DNA of 64,000 nucleotides from an uncultured Actinomycetota bacterium (lineage in GTDB: Bacteria; Actinomycetota; Actinomycetes; JAHEKZ01), in contig CAVURN010000001.1 in assembly GCA_963743915.1 (NCBI GenBank), positions 672,001 to 736,000 of the forward strand. Reading direction: 5' to 3'. Position 1 is the first letter of the stretch; every line of letters starts with the position of its first letter. The notes under the pieces are model-generated. The model had not been told where the DNA came from. It worked only from the letters and a program-made list of their open reading frames with translations, and did not search any database. Shown piece after piece: positions 1 through 12,329 of this stretch. The translations under genes were made by a program, and so were the position numbers.

Positions 1-2
1 CG

Positions 3-125
3 GGCGTGTACTTCGGCACCCGGTCCGGCGAGGTCTGGGGAAGTGCGGACGGCGGGAGGCGCTGGGACCAGCTCGTGTCGCACCTGCCGGACGTCCTCTG
101 CGTCCGCGCGGCACTGGTCCCGTGA
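3..125 (+). CDS. 3' end of BNR/Asp-box beta-propeller protein (exo-alpha-sialidase-like), partial
   Basis: Manual translation GVYFGTRSGEVWGSADGGRRWDQLVSHLPDVLCVRAALVP*; Asp-box S-x-D-x-G-x-x-W; truncated by the window edge. Confidence 0.75.
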   Translation, partial: GVYFGTRSGEVWGSADGGRRWDQLVSHLPDVLCVRAALVP

Positions 126-135
126 CGGAGCGGCT

Positions 136-429
136 GTGACGGTGAAGGTGACCGTCGAGCTGCCCGCGGTGCTGGCCGAGAGTGCCGGTGGACGTCGCTC
201 GCTCGAGGTACAGCTCGACGGCGAGAAGCCGACGCTCGGAGACCTGCTCGACCTGGTGGGGCAGGTCCATCCGGTGCTGGTGCGCCGGCTTCGCGGCGAG
301 ACCGGCCAGCTGCGGCGATACGTCAACGTCTTCACGGACGGACGGGACGTGCGTGACGCCGCCGGTACCGAGACGGTGCTGACGCCTGACACCGTCGTGC
401 TCGTGCTGCCGTCGGTGGCCGGTGGCTGA
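136..429 (+). CDS. MoaD/ThiS-family ubiquitin-like sulfur-carrier protein
   Basis: GTG at 136 after GGAG; beta-grasp-like sequence (LRRYVNVF) ending VAGG. Confidence 0.88.
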   Translation: MTVKVTVELPAVLAESAGGRRSLEVQLDGEKPTLGDLLDLVGQVHPVLVRRLRGETGQLRRYVNVFTDGRDVRDAAGTETVLTPDTVVLVLPSVAGG

Positions 430-1120
430 GCCGTCCTCTGCTGCCCGTCCCGCCCGCGTCCGTACCTACCACGCACGCCGCGGCCGGCTGAGCACCGCTC
501 ATCACGAGGCGCTGCAGACTCTCGCCGGACGCTGGTCCCTCGACCCGGAGGGTGCGCCGCTCGACGCCGTCGAGGTCTTCGGCCGTGACGCACCCCTCGT
601 GCTCGAGATCGGCTGCGGGATGGGGGACAGCACCCGCGTCCAGGCCGCACGCGAGCCGGAGACCGACATCGTGGCGGTCGACGTCCACACCCGGGGTGTC
701 GCCACGCTGCTGCGGGCCATCGACCGCGACGCGCTCACCAACGTGCGGGTGGTGCTCGGGGACGCCGTGGCACTCGTCGAGCAGCGCATCGCGCCCGGGG
801 CCTTGTCCGGCGTCCGGATCTACTTCCCGGATCCCTGGCCCAAGGCGCGGCACGCCAAACGACGCCTGGTGCAGGGCCCGTTCGTGGCTCTCCTGGTCGA
901 CCGGCTCGCGCCCGGGGGGTTCGTCCACCTGGTGACCGACTGGCCGGAGTACGCCGAGCAGATGCTGGCCGTGGTCGATGCAGAGCCCGGCCTGGAGAAC
1001 CCGTTCGGCGGGTTCGCCCAGCGGATGCACGACCGGCCCGTGACCAAGTACGAACGCCGCGCACGACGCCTCGGACACCCGGTCCACGAGGTCTGGGCCA
1101 CCCGTAGGCTTCCGGCATGA
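422..1120 (+). CDS. trmB: tRNA (guanine-N7)-methyltransferase
   Basis: [34 protein letters not shown] motifs. Confidence 0.96.
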   Translation: MAEPSSAARPARVRTYHARRGRLSTAHHEALQTLAGRWSLDPEGAPLDAVEVFGRDAPLVLEIGCGMGDSTRVQAAREPETDIVAVDVHTRGVATLLRAIDRDALTNVRVVLGDAVALVEQRIAPGALSGVRIYFPDPWPKARHAKRRLVQGPFVALLVDRLAPGGFVHLVTDWPEYAEQMLAVVDAEPGLENPFGGFAQRMHDRPVTKYERRARRLGHPVHEVWATRRLPA

Positions 1121-2799
1121 GCGAGACGCCCGACCTCAAGCCGCGCAGCCGCGATGTCACTGACGGCATGGAGCGCGCCCCGAACCGCGCGATGCTCCGC
1201 GCCGTCGGCCTGACCGACGACGACTGGGAGAAGCCGCAGATCGGCATCGCCTCGAGCTGGAACGAGATCACCCCCTGCAACCTGTCGCTGAAGCGCCTGG
1301 CCGTGAAGGCGAAGGAGGGCGTCTTCGCCGCAGGGGGCTTCCCCCTCGAGTTCGGCACCATCTCGGTCTCCGACGGCATCTCGATGGGCCACGAGGGGAT
1401 GCGTGCCTCCCTGGTGAGCCGTGAGGTGATCGCGGACTCGGTCGAGACCGTGATGCACGCCGAGCGGCTCGACGGGTCGGTCACCTTCGCCGGGTGTGAC
1501 AAGTCACTGCCCGGCATGCTCATGGCCGCGGCCCGCCTGGATCTGGCGAACGTGTTCGTCTATGCGGGATCGATCCTCCCGGGCAGGATCGGCGACCACG
1601 ACGTCACCATCCAGGACGCCTTCGAGGGCGTCGGTGCGTGTGCGCTGGGTCGCATCACGCGCGGCGAGCTCGACGAGATCGAGCGTCAGGCGTGCCCGGG
1701 CGAGGGCGCCTGTGGAGGCATGTTCACGGCGAACACGATGGCGAGCGTCGGCGAGGCGCTCGGCATGTCCCTCCCGGGCAGCGCTGCGCCCGCCGCCGTG
1801 GACAAGCGGCGCGACGAGTACGCGTTCCGCTCCGGTCAGGCGGTGGTCGAGCTGCTCCGTCGGGGGATCACCGCGCGCGACATCCTGACCAGGCAGGCGT
1901 TCGAGAACGCCATCGCCGTCGTCATGGCGCTCGGCGGCTCGACCAACGCCGTCCTGCACCTGCTCGCGATCGCGCGCGAGGCCGAGGTCGACCTCACCAT
2001 CGACGACTTCAACCGGGTCGGTGACCGGACGCCGCACCTCGCCGACGTCAAACCGTTCGGGCGGTACGTCATGAACGACATCGACGGGATCGGCGGAGTC
2101 CCTGTCGTGATGCGCGAGCTGCTCGATGCCGGGCTCCTCCACGGTGACGTCCTCACGGTCACCGGCGCTACGTTGGCCGAGAACCTCGAGGAGCTCTCTC
2201 CACGGAAGCCCGACGGCGCCGTGCTGCACCCGGTGGCCGACCCGATCCACCCGACGGGCGGGCTGCTGGTGCTCAAGGGATCGTTCGCCCCGGAGGGTGC
2301 CGTCATCAAGGCGGCCAGCATCGACGCGCCGGTGTTCGAGGGCACCGCGAAGGTCTTCGACGACGAGAAGGACGCGATGGCCGCGGTCACCGAAGGTCGG
2401 ATCGTGGCTGGCGACGTCGTCGTCATCCGCTACGAGGGCCCCAAGGGTGGGCCGGGGATGCGCGAGATGCTCGCCGTCACCGCGGCGATCAAGGGCGCGG
2501 GTCTCGGCAAGGACGTCATGCTCGTCACCGACGGTCGGTTCTCCGGCGCCACTGCCGGCTTCTGCATCGGTCACGTGGCTCCCGAAGCACCCGACGGCGG
2601 TCCGATCGCCTTCGTCCGCGAGGGGGACCGGATTCGGCTCGACATGACGTCGCGCACCCTCGACCTGCTGGTGGACGCCGCTGAGCTCGACACGCGCCGG
2701 GCCGGGTGGAAGCCGAACCAGCCGCGCTACACCAAGGGAGTCCTCGGCAAGTACGCGCGGCTGGTGGGCTCCGCGGCCGAGGGTGCCGTCTGCGGTTAG
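1117..2799 (+). CDS. ilvD: Dihydroxy-acid dehydratase
   Basis: [47 protein letters not shown]. Confidence 0.97.
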   Translation: MSETPDLKPRSRDVTDGMERAPNRAMLRAVGLTDDDWEKPQIGIASSWNEITPCNLSLKRLAVKAKEGVFAAGGFPLEFGTISVSDGISMGHEGMRASLVSREVIADSVETVMHAERLDGSVTFAGCDKSLPGMLMAAARLDLANVFVYAGSILPGRIGDHDVTIQDAFEGVGACALGRITRGELDEIERQACPGEGACGGMFTANTMASVGEALGMSLPGSAAPAAVDKRRDEYAFRSGQAVVELLRRGITARDILTRQAFENAIAVVMALGGSTNAVLHLLAIAREAEVDLTIDDFNRVGDRTPHLADVKPFGRYVMNDIDGIGGVPVVMRELLDAGLLHGDVLTVTGATLAENLEELSPRKPDGAVLHPVADPIHPTGGLLVLKGSFAPEGAVIKAASIDAPVFEGTAKVFDDEKDAMAAVTEGRIVAGDVVVIRYEGPKGGPGMREMLAVTAAIKGAGLGKDVMLVTDGRFSGATAGFCIGHVAPEAPDGGPIAFVREGDRIRLDMTSRTLDLLVDAAELDTRRAGWKPNQPRYTKGVLGKYARLVGSAAEGAVCG

Positions 2800-2808
2800 G
2801 GCTTTCTT

Positions 2809-2866
2809 CTACGCCAGGGCGCCACGATGCCCCGTCCTGCGGCGTGCCCATGGCGCCCTGGCGTAG
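2809..2866. repeat. Perfect 16-bp inverted repeat with 26-nt loop after ilvD (terminator or REP-like)
   Basis: CTACGCCAGGGCGCCA 2809-2824 / TGGCGCCCTGGCGTAG 2851-2866. Confidence 0.7.
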
Positions 2867-2879
2867 GAATGCGGCGGAA

Positions 2880-2896
2880 CGTCCGGATGCTGAGAC
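2880..2896. promoter_or_regulatory. Candidate IclR/NdgR operator upstream of the ilvB promoter
   Basis: CGTCCG-N5-TGAGAC; same right half-site as the sites at 8406 and 16042. Confidence 0.45.
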
Positions 2897-2911
2897 CCGA
2901 TGGGTCACGGC

Positions 2912-2940
2912 TTGACCAATCGCGCGCCAGCCTCCACCCT
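2912..2940 (+). promoter_or_regulatory. Housekeeping promoter of the ilvB leader
   Basis: TTGACC-17 nt-CACCCT, 6 nt before the leader ATG. Confidence 0.6.
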
Positions 2941-2946
2941 GTGGAC

Positions 2947-2994
2947 ATGCAGCAGATCGTCGTAGTTCGGTGGCGCGCGGCCCGAGCCTCCTAG
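2947..2994 (+). CDS. ilvB attenuator leader peptide MQQIVVVRWRAARAS
   Basis: Ile-Val-Val-Val run with rare GTA/GTT codons, upstream of a terminator and ilvB. Confidence 0.8.
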   Translation: MQQIVVVRWRAARAS

Positions 2995-3021
2995 GCAGAC
3001 CGCACCGCACGAGCTGCGCGC

Positions 3022-3052
3022 ACCCCTCACCCGCCAGGGAGAGGGGTTTTTT
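3022..3052 (+). terminator. Attenuator terminator of ilvBNC
   Basis: ACCCCTC...GAGGGGT stem followed by a T run. Confidence 0.85.
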
Positions 3053-3096
3053 GTTGGACGAGAATGGACGAGCACGGGCGAGCAGGGAGAGCCGAG

Positions 3097-4860
3097 ATGA
3101 GTGAGTCGACCACCGCGGGCGCGGCACAGCTGAGCGGTGCCGAGGCGCTGGTCAGGGCGCTGGAGGACGTGGGCGCCGACACCGTCTTCGGCATACCGGG
3201 CGGCGCGATCCTGCCGGCCTACGACCCGCTCTTCGACTCGTCGGTCCGTCACATCCTGGTCCGCCACGAGCAGGGGGCCGGGCACGCCGCCGAGGGCTAT
3301 GCGATGGCCACCGGGCGGGTGGGCGTCTGCATGGCCACCAGCGGACCCGGCGCCACCAACCTGGTGACCCCGATCGCCAACGCGTACATGGACTCCACGC
3401 CCCTCGTGGCCATCACCGGTCAGGTGCCGAGCGCCGCCATCGGGACCGACGCGTTCCAGGAGGCCGACATCCGTGGCATCACCATGCCGATCACCAAGCA
3501 CAACTTCCTGGTCACCGACCCGGCGCTGATCGCGCAGACGGTCGCCGAGGCCTTCCACATCGCCGGCACCGGTCGCAAGGGGCCGGTCCTGGTCGACATC
3601 TCCAAGGACGCCCTGCAGTCCACAACCAGCTACCAGTGGCCGCCCACGATCGAGCTGCCCGGCTACCGGCCGATCACCAAGCCGCACGCCAAGCAGATCC
3701 GCGAGACCGCTCGTCTCATGGTCGACGCGCGGCGTCCGGTGCTCTACGTCGGCGGGGGCGTGCTGGCTGCCGGGGCGTCGCCGGACCTGCTCCGGCTCGC
3801 GGAGCTGACCGGCATCCCCGTGGTCACCACCCTCATGGCGCGAGGGGCCTTCCCGGACGGGCATGCGCTGCACATGGGCATGCCCGGGATGCACGGGTCC
3901 GTGGCCGCGGTGGGTGCACTGCAGAAGTCGGACCTGATCCTGGCGCTCGGGGCACGCTTCGACGACCGGGTGACCGGACGTCTTGACACCTTCGCCCCCG
4001 ACGCGATCATCGTGCACGCCGACATCGACCCCGCCGAGATCTCGAAGAACCGGGTCGCGGACATCCCCATCGTGGGCGATGCCAAGGAGGTGATCGCCGA
4101 CCTCATCGGCGCGGTCCGCGCCGAGCAGGAGGCCGGACGTGTCGGCGACTACGCGGCCTGGCGCGACACACTCGAGCGGATGCGTGCGACCTACCCGCTC
4201 GGCTACACACCACCGGACGACGGCTCGCTGGCCCCGCAGTACGTGATCGAGCGGCTGGGCGCGATCGCCGGACCGGACGCCATCTACACGGCCGGCGTCG
4301 GGCAGCACCAGATGTGGGCGGCACAGTTCGTCAGCTACACGCAGCCGGGCAGCTGGCTGAACTCCGGTGGCCTGGGAACCATGGGGTTTGCGATCCCCGC
4401 GGCCATGGGGGCCAAGGTCGGTCGTCCGGACGCCACCGTCTGGGCGATCGACGGTGACGGGTGCTTCCAGATGACCAACCAGGAGCTCGCCACCTGCGCG
4501 ATCAACGACATCCCCATCAAGGTCGCGGTCATCAACAACAGCAGCCTCGGCATGGTCCGTCAGTGGCAGACGCTCTTCTACGAGTCGCGCTACTCCAACA
4601 CCGACCTGCACTCGGTGCGCATCCCCGACTTCGTCACGCTCGCCCAGGCGTACGGCTGCGAAGGCCTGCGCTGCGAGCGGGCCGAGGACGTCGACGCCAC
4701 CATCGAGAAGGCGATGGCCGTCGACGACCGACCGGTCGTGGTCGACTTCGTGGTGCACAAGGACGCCATGGTGTGGCCCATGGTGGCGGCCGGCACCAGC
4801 AACGACGACATCAAGATCGCGCGCGACATGGCGCCCAAGTGGGACAAGGACGACCTGTGA
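3097..4860 (+). CDS. ilvB: Acetolactate synthase large subunit
   Basis: [36 protein letters not shown]; ATG 3097 after GGGAGA. Confidence 0.97.
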   Translation: MSESTTAGAAQLSGAEALVRALEDVGADTVFGIPGGAILPAYDPLFDSSVRHILVRHEQGAGHAAEGYAMATGRVGVCMATSGPGATNLVTPIANAYMDSTPLVAITGQVPSAAIGTDAFQEADIRGITMPITKHNFLVTDPALIAQTVAEAFHIAGTGRKGPVLVDISKDALQSTTSYQWPPTIELPGYRPITKPHAKQIRETARLMVDARRPVLYVGGGVLAAGASPDLLRLAELTGIPVVTTLMARGAFPDGHALHMGMPGMHGSVAAVGALQKSDLILALGARFDDRVTGRLDTFAPDAIIVHADIDPAEISKNRVADIPIVGDAKEVIADLIGAVRAEQEAGRVGDYAAWRDTLERMRATYPLGYTPPDDGSLAPQYVIERLGAIAGPDAIYTAGVGQHQMWAAQFVSYTQPGSWLNSGGLGTMGFAIPAAMGAKVGRPDATVWAIDGDGCFQMTNQELATCAINDIPIKVAVINNSSLGMVRQWQTLFYESRYSNTDLHSVRIPDFVTLAQAYGCEGLRCERAEDVDATIEKAMAVDDRPVVVDFVVHKDAMVWPMVAAGTSNDDIKIARDMAPKWDKDDL

Positions 4861-5384
4861 TGACACGTCACACGCTCTCCGTCCTGGTCGAGGACCAGCC
4901 CGGTGTCCTCGCTCGCATCGCGTCGCTCTTCTCGCGGCGGGGCTTCAACATCGAGTCGCTCGCGGTCGGCCCCACCGAGCACAGCGGAATGTCGCGCATG
5001 ACGATCGTGGTCAACGTCGACGACCTGCCGCTCGAGCAGGTGACCAAGCAGCTGAACAAGCTGGTGAACGTGCTGAAGATCGTCGAGCTCGATCCCTCGT
5101 CCGCCGTGCAGCGCGAGCTGCTGCTGGTCAAGGTCAGGGCGGACGCAGACACCCGCTCGCAGGTGCTCGAGACCGTCCAGCTCTTCCGCGCCAAGGTGGT
5201 CGACGTGGCTCCGGACGCCGTCGTCATCGAGGCCACCGGCAACGCCGACAAGCTGGAGGCGCTGCTTCGCGTGCTCGAGCCGTTCGGCGTCAAGGAGCTG
5301 GTGCAGTCGGGCATGGTCGCGGTCGGACGCGGGCCGCGCTCGATCACCGACCGCACGCTGCGTTCGGCCGAACGCAGCGCCTAG
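4860..5384 (+). CDS. ilvN: Acetolactate synthase small subunit
   Basis: HTLSVLVEDQPGVLARI, FSRRGFNIESL ACT domain; TGATG coupling to ilvB. Confidence 0.97.
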   Translation: MTRHTLSVLVEDQPGVLARIASLFSRRGFNIESLAVGPTEHSGMSRMTIVVNVDDLPLEQVTKQLNKLVNVLKIVELDPSSAVQRELLLVKVRADADTRSQVLETVQLFRAKVVDVAPDAVVIEATGNADKLEALLRVLEPFGVKELVQSGMVAVGRGPRSITDRTLRSAERSA

Positions 5385-5411
5385 AGGCCGGACCTGACCC
5401 CCAACCCCTGA

Positions 5412-6494
<1,083 letters not shown>

Positions 6495-6546
6495 CCCAAG
6501 GGTTGGTGCGTAGCCGGTGGAGGTCTGAGCGCGTCAGGCGCGGGCG

Positions 6547-6607
6547 TTGGATCGACGCTCACGCTTTCCGGTGTGCGGAGCGCGTGGAATCGTGAGTTTC
6601 GCTCCAA
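6547..6607. repeat. Imperfect 17-bp inverted repeat in the ilvC-serA spacer
   Basis: TTGGATCGACGCTCACG / CGTGAGTTTCGCTCCAA with inner TTCC/GGAA pairing. Confidence 0.55.
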
Positions 6608-6782
6608 TCGACGGTGCGGGGACGTGGGAACGCGCCGTGCAGGACGTCCACCGGGGACGCATGGGGGCGGGACTGGGGGCGCAGGGTCTGGGACAGCAGG
6701 GTCTGTGACCGTCGGTAGGGTAGGTGCGCCTTGCCTCGCGAGGCATCGACCCCCAGCAACCCACACTCTCGAAGGTCCCTTC

Positions 6783-8406
6783 GTGTCCTCATCTGCCAAG
6801 CCTGTCGTCCTGATCGCCGAAGAGCTCTCCCCGGCGACGCTCGACGCCCTCGGGCCGGACTTCGACATCCGCCACTGCGACGGAGGCGACCGCAGCGAGC
6901 TGCTGACGGCCATCGTGGACGCCGACGCGATCCTGGTCCGCAGCGCGACCCAGGTGGACGCCGAGGCGCTCGGGGTCGCCCGGCAGTCTGAAGGTGGTGG
7001 CGCGCGCGGGCGTGGGTCTGGACAACGTGGACGTCCCCGCCGCCACGCAGGCAGGGGTCATGGTCGTGAACGCGCCGACGTCGAACATCGTCAGTGCCGC
7101 CGAGCTGGCGGTCGCGCTGCTGCTCGCTGCCGCGCGGAACATCGCGCCGGCGAACGCCGCGTTGAAGAACGGCGAGTGGAAGCGGTCGCAGTACGCAGGG
7201 GTCGAGGTCTACGAGAAGACGGTGGGGGTCGTCGGCCTCGGCCGGATCGGGGTCCTGGCCGCGCAGCGTCTGATGGCCTTCGGCACCAGGATCGTCGCCT
7301 ACGACCCCTACGTGCAGCCGGCCCGCGCCGCACAGCTCGGTATCACGCTGGTCGACCTCGACACGTTGCTCGCCGAGAGCGACTTCATCACCATCCACCT
7401 GCCCAAGACGGCCGAGACGGTCGGGCTGATCGGCGAGGCCGAGCTCCGCAAGGTCAAGCCGAGCGTGGTCATCGTGAACGCGGCGCGCGGTGGCATCGTC
7501 GACGAGCAGGCTCTGGCCGACGCGGTGGCTGACGGTCGTGTCCACGCCGCCGGAGTCGACGTGTTCGCCCAGGAACCGTGCACCGACTCCCCGCTGTTCG
7601 CGCACGAGCGAGTCGTGGTCACCCCGCACCTCGGCGCGAGCACCGAGGAGGCGCAGGAGAAGGCGGGCATCGCGGTGGCCAGGTCGGTCCGGCTGGCGCT
7701 GGCCGGCGAGCTGGTCCCCGACGCGGTCAACGTCGAGGGCGGCGTCATCGCCGAGGACGTCCGTGCCTTCATCCCGCTCGCCGAGAAGCTGGGCCGGGTC
7801 TTCACCGGCCTGGCAGGGGGAGCGCCGGAGGCGCTCACCGTCGAGGTCCGTGGCGAGATCGCCGACCTTGACGTCAAGGTGATCGAGCTCGCTGCACTGA
7901 AGGGCGTGTTCGCCGGCGTCGTCGAGGAGCAGGTGTCCTACGTCAACGCTCCGGTCCTGGCGGCCGAGCGCGGTGTGGACGTGACGCTCGTGACCGACCC
8001 GCTGAGCCCCGACCATCGCAACCTCGTCACGGTGAGGGGCGCGCTCTCCGACGGTCGGCAGCTCACGGTCAGCGGAACGCTCACCGGTCCGAAGGACATC
8101 GAGAAGCTGGTCGAGATCGACGGCTACGACGTCGACCTGCAGCCGGCTGCGCACCTGGCGTTCTTCCGCTACCACGACCGCCCCGGCGTGGTCGGCGAGC
8201 TCGGACGCATCCTCGGCGAGCACGGCGTGAACATCGCGGGCATGCAGGTGAGCCGCGACCAGATCGGTGGTCATGCGCTCATCGCGATGACCGTCGACTC
8301 GCCGATCGCAGCGACCGCCCTCGCGGAGATCGTCGAGGCGATCGGTGCGCACGAGGGTCGGGCGCTCGACCTCGACCTGGACCAGCTGCCGGCCGGCGAC
8401 GCCTGA
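6783..8406 (+). CDS. serA: D-3-phosphoglycerate dehydrogenase (one +1 frameshift at ~6987, probable sequence error)
   Basis: N-terminus [11 protein letters not shown]...VRSAT joins [15 protein letters not shown] after removing one T; GLGRIG; TPHLGAST; C-terminal ACT domain. Confidence 0.93.
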
Positions 8407-8422
8407 TCTCGAAACGCGAGAC
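8406..8422. promoter_or_regulatory. Candidate IclR/NdgR operator upstream of leuB
   Basis: ATCTCG-N5-CGAGAC imperfect palindrome; -10 TACCCT at 8451-8456. Confidence 0.55.
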
Positions 8423-8462
8423 AGCCTCACCAGCACCTGAGACAGAGCCGTACCCTGGACGC

Positions 8463-9512
8463 ATGTCACGCACTGTCCGCCTCGCCGTCATTCCCGGCGA
8501 CGGCATCGGCCCCGAGGTGGTGGCCGAGGGCCTGAAGGTCCTGGACGCCGTCGCCGCCGGCCATGACGTCACTTTCGCCCGCACCGAGTACGACCTCGGC
8601 GCGCAGCGCTGGCACCGCACCGGTGAGACGCTGCCGGACTCCGTGCTCGACGAGGTCCGGGCGCATGACGCGATCCTGCTGGGCGCGGTCGGCGACCCGA
8701 GCGTGCCGAGCGGCGTGCTGGAGCGAGGTCTGCTGCTGCGACTTCGGTTCGCGCTCGACCACCACGTGAACCTGCGGCCGGTGCGGCTCTACCCGGGTGT
8801 CAGCACACCGCTCGCGGGCAGGTCACCGGCCGACATCGACATGGTGGTCGTCCGGGAGGGCACCGAGGGCCCCTACGCGGGGTCGGGCGGCTTCCTGCGG
8901 CGGGGCACGCCGCACGAGGTCGCGACCGAGGAGTCCCTCAACACCGCCTATGGCGTCGAACGGGTCGTCCGGGACGCCTTTGCCCGCGCGATGAGGCGTC
9001 CGCGACGACAGGTGACCCTGGTCCACAAGAACAACGTGCTCACCCACGCGGGAGACCTGTGGACGCGCACCTTCGAGGCCGTGGCCGCGGAGTTCCCGGA
9101 GGTGGGCACCGAGTACCTGCACGTGGACGCGGCGTCGATGTTCTTCGTCACCGACCCCGCGCGGTTCGACGTGGTGGTCACCGACAACCTCTTCGGCGAC
9201 ATCATCACCGACATCGGAGCCGCGATCGCGGGTGGGATCGGCCGGGCGGCGTCCGGCAACCTCGACGTCAGCGGCGCCAACCCGAGCATGTTCGAGCCGG
9301 TGCACGGTTCGGCCCCGGACATCGCCGGCCAGCAGAAGGCCGACCCCACCGCCACCGTGCTCTCGGTCGCGATGCTCCTCGACCATCTCGGCCTCGACAA
9401 GGCGGCCGTCGCCGTCGAGCAGGCCGTCTCCGACGATCTCGCCGCGCGGGGGGACCGCGTACGCTCGACCGCACAGATCGGCGACGACCTCGCCGAAGCG
9501 GTCGCCTCGTAA
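8463..9512 (+). CDS. leuB: 3-isopropylmalate dehydrogenase
   Basis: [29 protein letters not shown]. Confidence 0.96.
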   Translation: MSRTVRLAVIPGDGIGPEVVAEGLKVLDAVAAGHDVTFARTEYDLGAQRWHRTGETLPDSVLDEVRAHDAILLGAVGDPSVPSGVLERGLLLRLRFALDHHVNLRPVRLYPGVSTPLAGRSPADIDMVVVREGTEGPYAGSGGFLRRGTPHEVATEESLNTAYGVERVVRDAFARAMRRPRRQVTLVHKNNVLTHAGDLWTRTFEAVAAEFPEVGTEYLHVDAASMFFVTDPARFDVVVTDNLFGDIITDIGAAIAGGIGRAASGNLDVSGANPSMFEPVHGSAPDIAGQQKADPTATVLSVAMLLDHLGLDKAAVAVEQAVSDDLAARGDRVRSTAQIGDDLAEAVAS

Positions 9513-9576
9513 GGACCTCCGACGACCCGCTCACGCAGACTGCGCCCACAGCAGCCGGAAAGGTACGTTGCGCCCC

Positions 9577-10680
9577 ATGTCATCGCTCTCGATCGCGCGC
9601 AAGCCGACCTCCCAGCCGCTGCCGGACGCGCAGCGTGAGGCCATCCTCGCCAGCCCGGGGTTCGGCCGGCACTTCACCGACCACATGGTGACCATCGAGT
9701 GGACCGAGGGCCGCGGGTGGCACGACGCGCAGCTGGTGCCCTACGGCCCGCTCGAGCTCGACCCGGCCACCATGGCCCTGCACTACGGGCAGGAGATCTT
9801 CGAGGGCCTGAAGGCGTACCGCAGGACCGACGGCTCGATCGCCACGTTCCGGCCCGAGATGAACGCGCGCAGGTTCCAGCGGTCGGCGCGCCGCCTCGCC
9901 ATGCCCGAGCTTCCCGAGGAGCTCTTCCTGGACGCGCTGGAGGCGCTCGTCGAGCAGGACCAGGCGTGGGTGCCCGACCACGGTGAGATGAGCCTCTACC
10001 TGCGGCCCTTCATGTTCTCGACCGAGGTCGGTCTCGGCGTGAAACCCGCCTCGTCGTACCTGTTCCTGCTGATCGCGTCTCCTGCCGGCGCCTACTTCCA
10101 CGGCGGCATCAAGCCGGTGTCGGTGTGGCTGTCGACCGAGTACGTGCGTGCTGCACCAGGAGGTACCGGTGAGGCCAAGTGCGCCGGCAACTACGCCGCC
10201 AGCCTGATCGCGCAGGCCCAGGCCGCCGCCGAGGGATGCGACCAGGTCGTCTGGCTCGACGCCGCCGAGCACCGGTGGGTCGAGGAGATGGGCGGCATGA
10301 ACCTCTACTTCGTGCACGGGTCGGGGGACGACGCCCGGCTGCTCACCCCCGAGCTCACCGGCGCCCTTCTTCCGGGGGTCACCCGGGACTCGATCCTGCA
10401 GGTGGCCGGCGACCTCGGGCTCGCCGCGTCCGAGGGTCGGATCAGCATCGACGAGTGGCGGGACGGCAACGCCGACGGATCGATCACCGAGGTGTTCGCC
10501 TGTGGCACGGCTGCGGTCATCACGCCCGTGGGCTCGGTCCGCTCGGCCGCGGGCGGCTGGACGGTCGGCAGCGGCGAGCCCGGCCCGGTCACGATGCGCC
10601 TCCGCGAGCACCTGCTCGACCTCCAGCACGGTCGCCGCGACGACCCGCACGGCTGGATGCACCCACTCGTGCCGGCCTGA
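9577..10680 (+). CDS. ilvE: Branched-chain amino acid aminotransferase
   Basis: [42 protein letters not shown]. Confidence 0.95.
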   Translation: MSSLSIARKPTSQPLPDAQREAILASPGFGRHFTDHMVTIEWTEGRGWHDAQLVPYGPLELDPATMALHYGQEIFEGLKAYRRTDGSIATFRPEMNARRFQRSARRLAMPELPEELFLDALEALVEQDQAWVPDHGEMSLYLRPFMFSTEVGLGVKPASSYLFLLIASPAGAYFHGGIKPVSVWLSTEYVRAAPGGTGEAKCAGNYAASLIAQAQAAAEGCDQVVWLDAAEHRWVEEMGGMNLYFVHGSGDDARLLTPELTGALLPGVTRDSILQVAGDLGLAASEGRISIDEWRDGNADGSITEVFACGTAAVITPVGSVRSAAGGWTVGSGEPGPVTMRLREHLLDLQHGRRDDPHGWMHPLVPA

Positions 10681-10695
10681 GCCCGCGGAGGACCC

Positions 10696-12320
10696 GTGAC
10701 TCGCCCCGACGACGGCTTTCACGTCTACGACACGACGCTGCGCGACGGCGCCCAGCGTGAGGGCATCTCGTACTCGGTGGCCGACAAGCTCGCGGTCGCG
10801 CGGCTGCTCGACGAGCTCGGCGTCGGCTTCATCGAGGGCGGCTGGCCGGGAGCGATGCCGAAGGACACCGAGTTCTTCGCGCGCGCGACGAACGAGCTCG
10901 ACCTGCGCAGCGCCGATCTGGTGGCCTTCGGCGCGACCCGCCGGGCGGGCTCCGTGGCGGCGGACGACGCCCAGGTCCGCGCGCTTCTCGACGCGAGCAC
11001 ACCGGTCGTCACGCTGGTCGCCAAGTCCGACGTCCGCCACGTCACGGAGGCGTTGCGGACCACCCTCGACGAGAACCTCGCGATGGTGAGCGAGACGGTC
11101 GAGCTGCTCGTCGGCGAGGGGCGCCGGGTGTTCCTCGACCTCGAGCACTTCTTCGACGGCTACCGCAACGACCGCGACTACGGCCTGCGCGTGCTCGACG
11201 CCGCCCGGGACGCGGGAGCGGATGTCGCGGTGCTGTGCGACACCAACGGCGGCATGCTCCCGCTCGGTGTCCACCGCGTCGTCAGCGAGGTGCTGCGAGC
11301 GCTCCGGTGGTGGTATTCGGCTGGGCATCCACTGCCAGGACGACACCGCGTGCGCCGTGGCGAACACGCTGGCGGCCGTCGAGGCCGGTGCGACGCATGC
11401 GCAGTGCACCGCGAACGGCTACGGCGAACGGACGGGCAACGCCGACCTGTTCGCGGTCGTGGGCAACCTCGAGACCAAGCTCGGCATGAAGGTGCTGCCG
11501 CCAGGTCGCCTCACCGAGCTGGTGCGCGTCTCGCACGCCCTCGCCGAGATCGCCAACATCGCCCCCGACACCCACCAGGCCTACGTCGGGGTGTCGGCGT
11601 TCGCCCACAAGGCGGGACTGCACGCCAGCGCGATCAAGGTCTCTCCTGATCTCTACAACCACCTCGACCCCGCAGTGGTGGGCAACGACATGCGGGTGCT
11701 GGTCACCGAGATGGCCGGCCGGGCGTCGATCGAGCTGAAGGGCAAGGAGCTCGGCTACGACCTGGCCTCCGACCGCGAGACGCTGCGGCGAGGTCGTCGA
11801 CCGCGTCAAGGAGCTCGAGGCGAGCGGCTACTCCTTCGAGGCGGCCGACGCCTCCTTCGAGCTGCTGCTGAGGGAGGTCACCGAGGGGAGCCGCCACCGC
11901 TACTTCACCGTCGAGTCGTGGCGCACGATCGTCGAGCAGCGCGCCGAGGGGGAGATCGTCAGCGAGGCCACGGTCAAGGTGCACGCGAAGGGCCAGCGCA
12001 TCATCGCCACCGGTGAGGGGAACGGTCCGGTCAACGCCCTCGACAACGCCCTCCGCCAGGGCCTCGGCCAGATCTTCCCCGAGCTCGCGCCGCTCGAGCT
12101 CGTCGACTACAAGGTCCGCATCCTCGAGGGCAGTGAGGGGACCGGTGCCATCACCCGGGTGCTGGTCGAGTCGAGTGACGGAAACGGCACGTGGGACACC
12201 ATCGGTGTGCACGAGAACGTGATCGGTGCCTCGTGGATGGCGCTGGAGGACGCGATCACCTACGGCCTGCTGCGCGCCGGACGTGAGACCGACCCGTCGG
12301 CCGGTCGGGGCCGCGGGTAG
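10696..12320 (+). CDS. cimA: Citramalate synthase (two +1 frameshifts at ~11296 and ~11792, probable errors)
   Basis: DTTLRDGAQ, GYGERTGNA, AFAHKAGLH, YSFEAADASFELL, GNGPVNALD, DYKVRIL distributed over three frames. Confidence 0.9.
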
Positions 12321-12329
12321 CCTCCGGCT

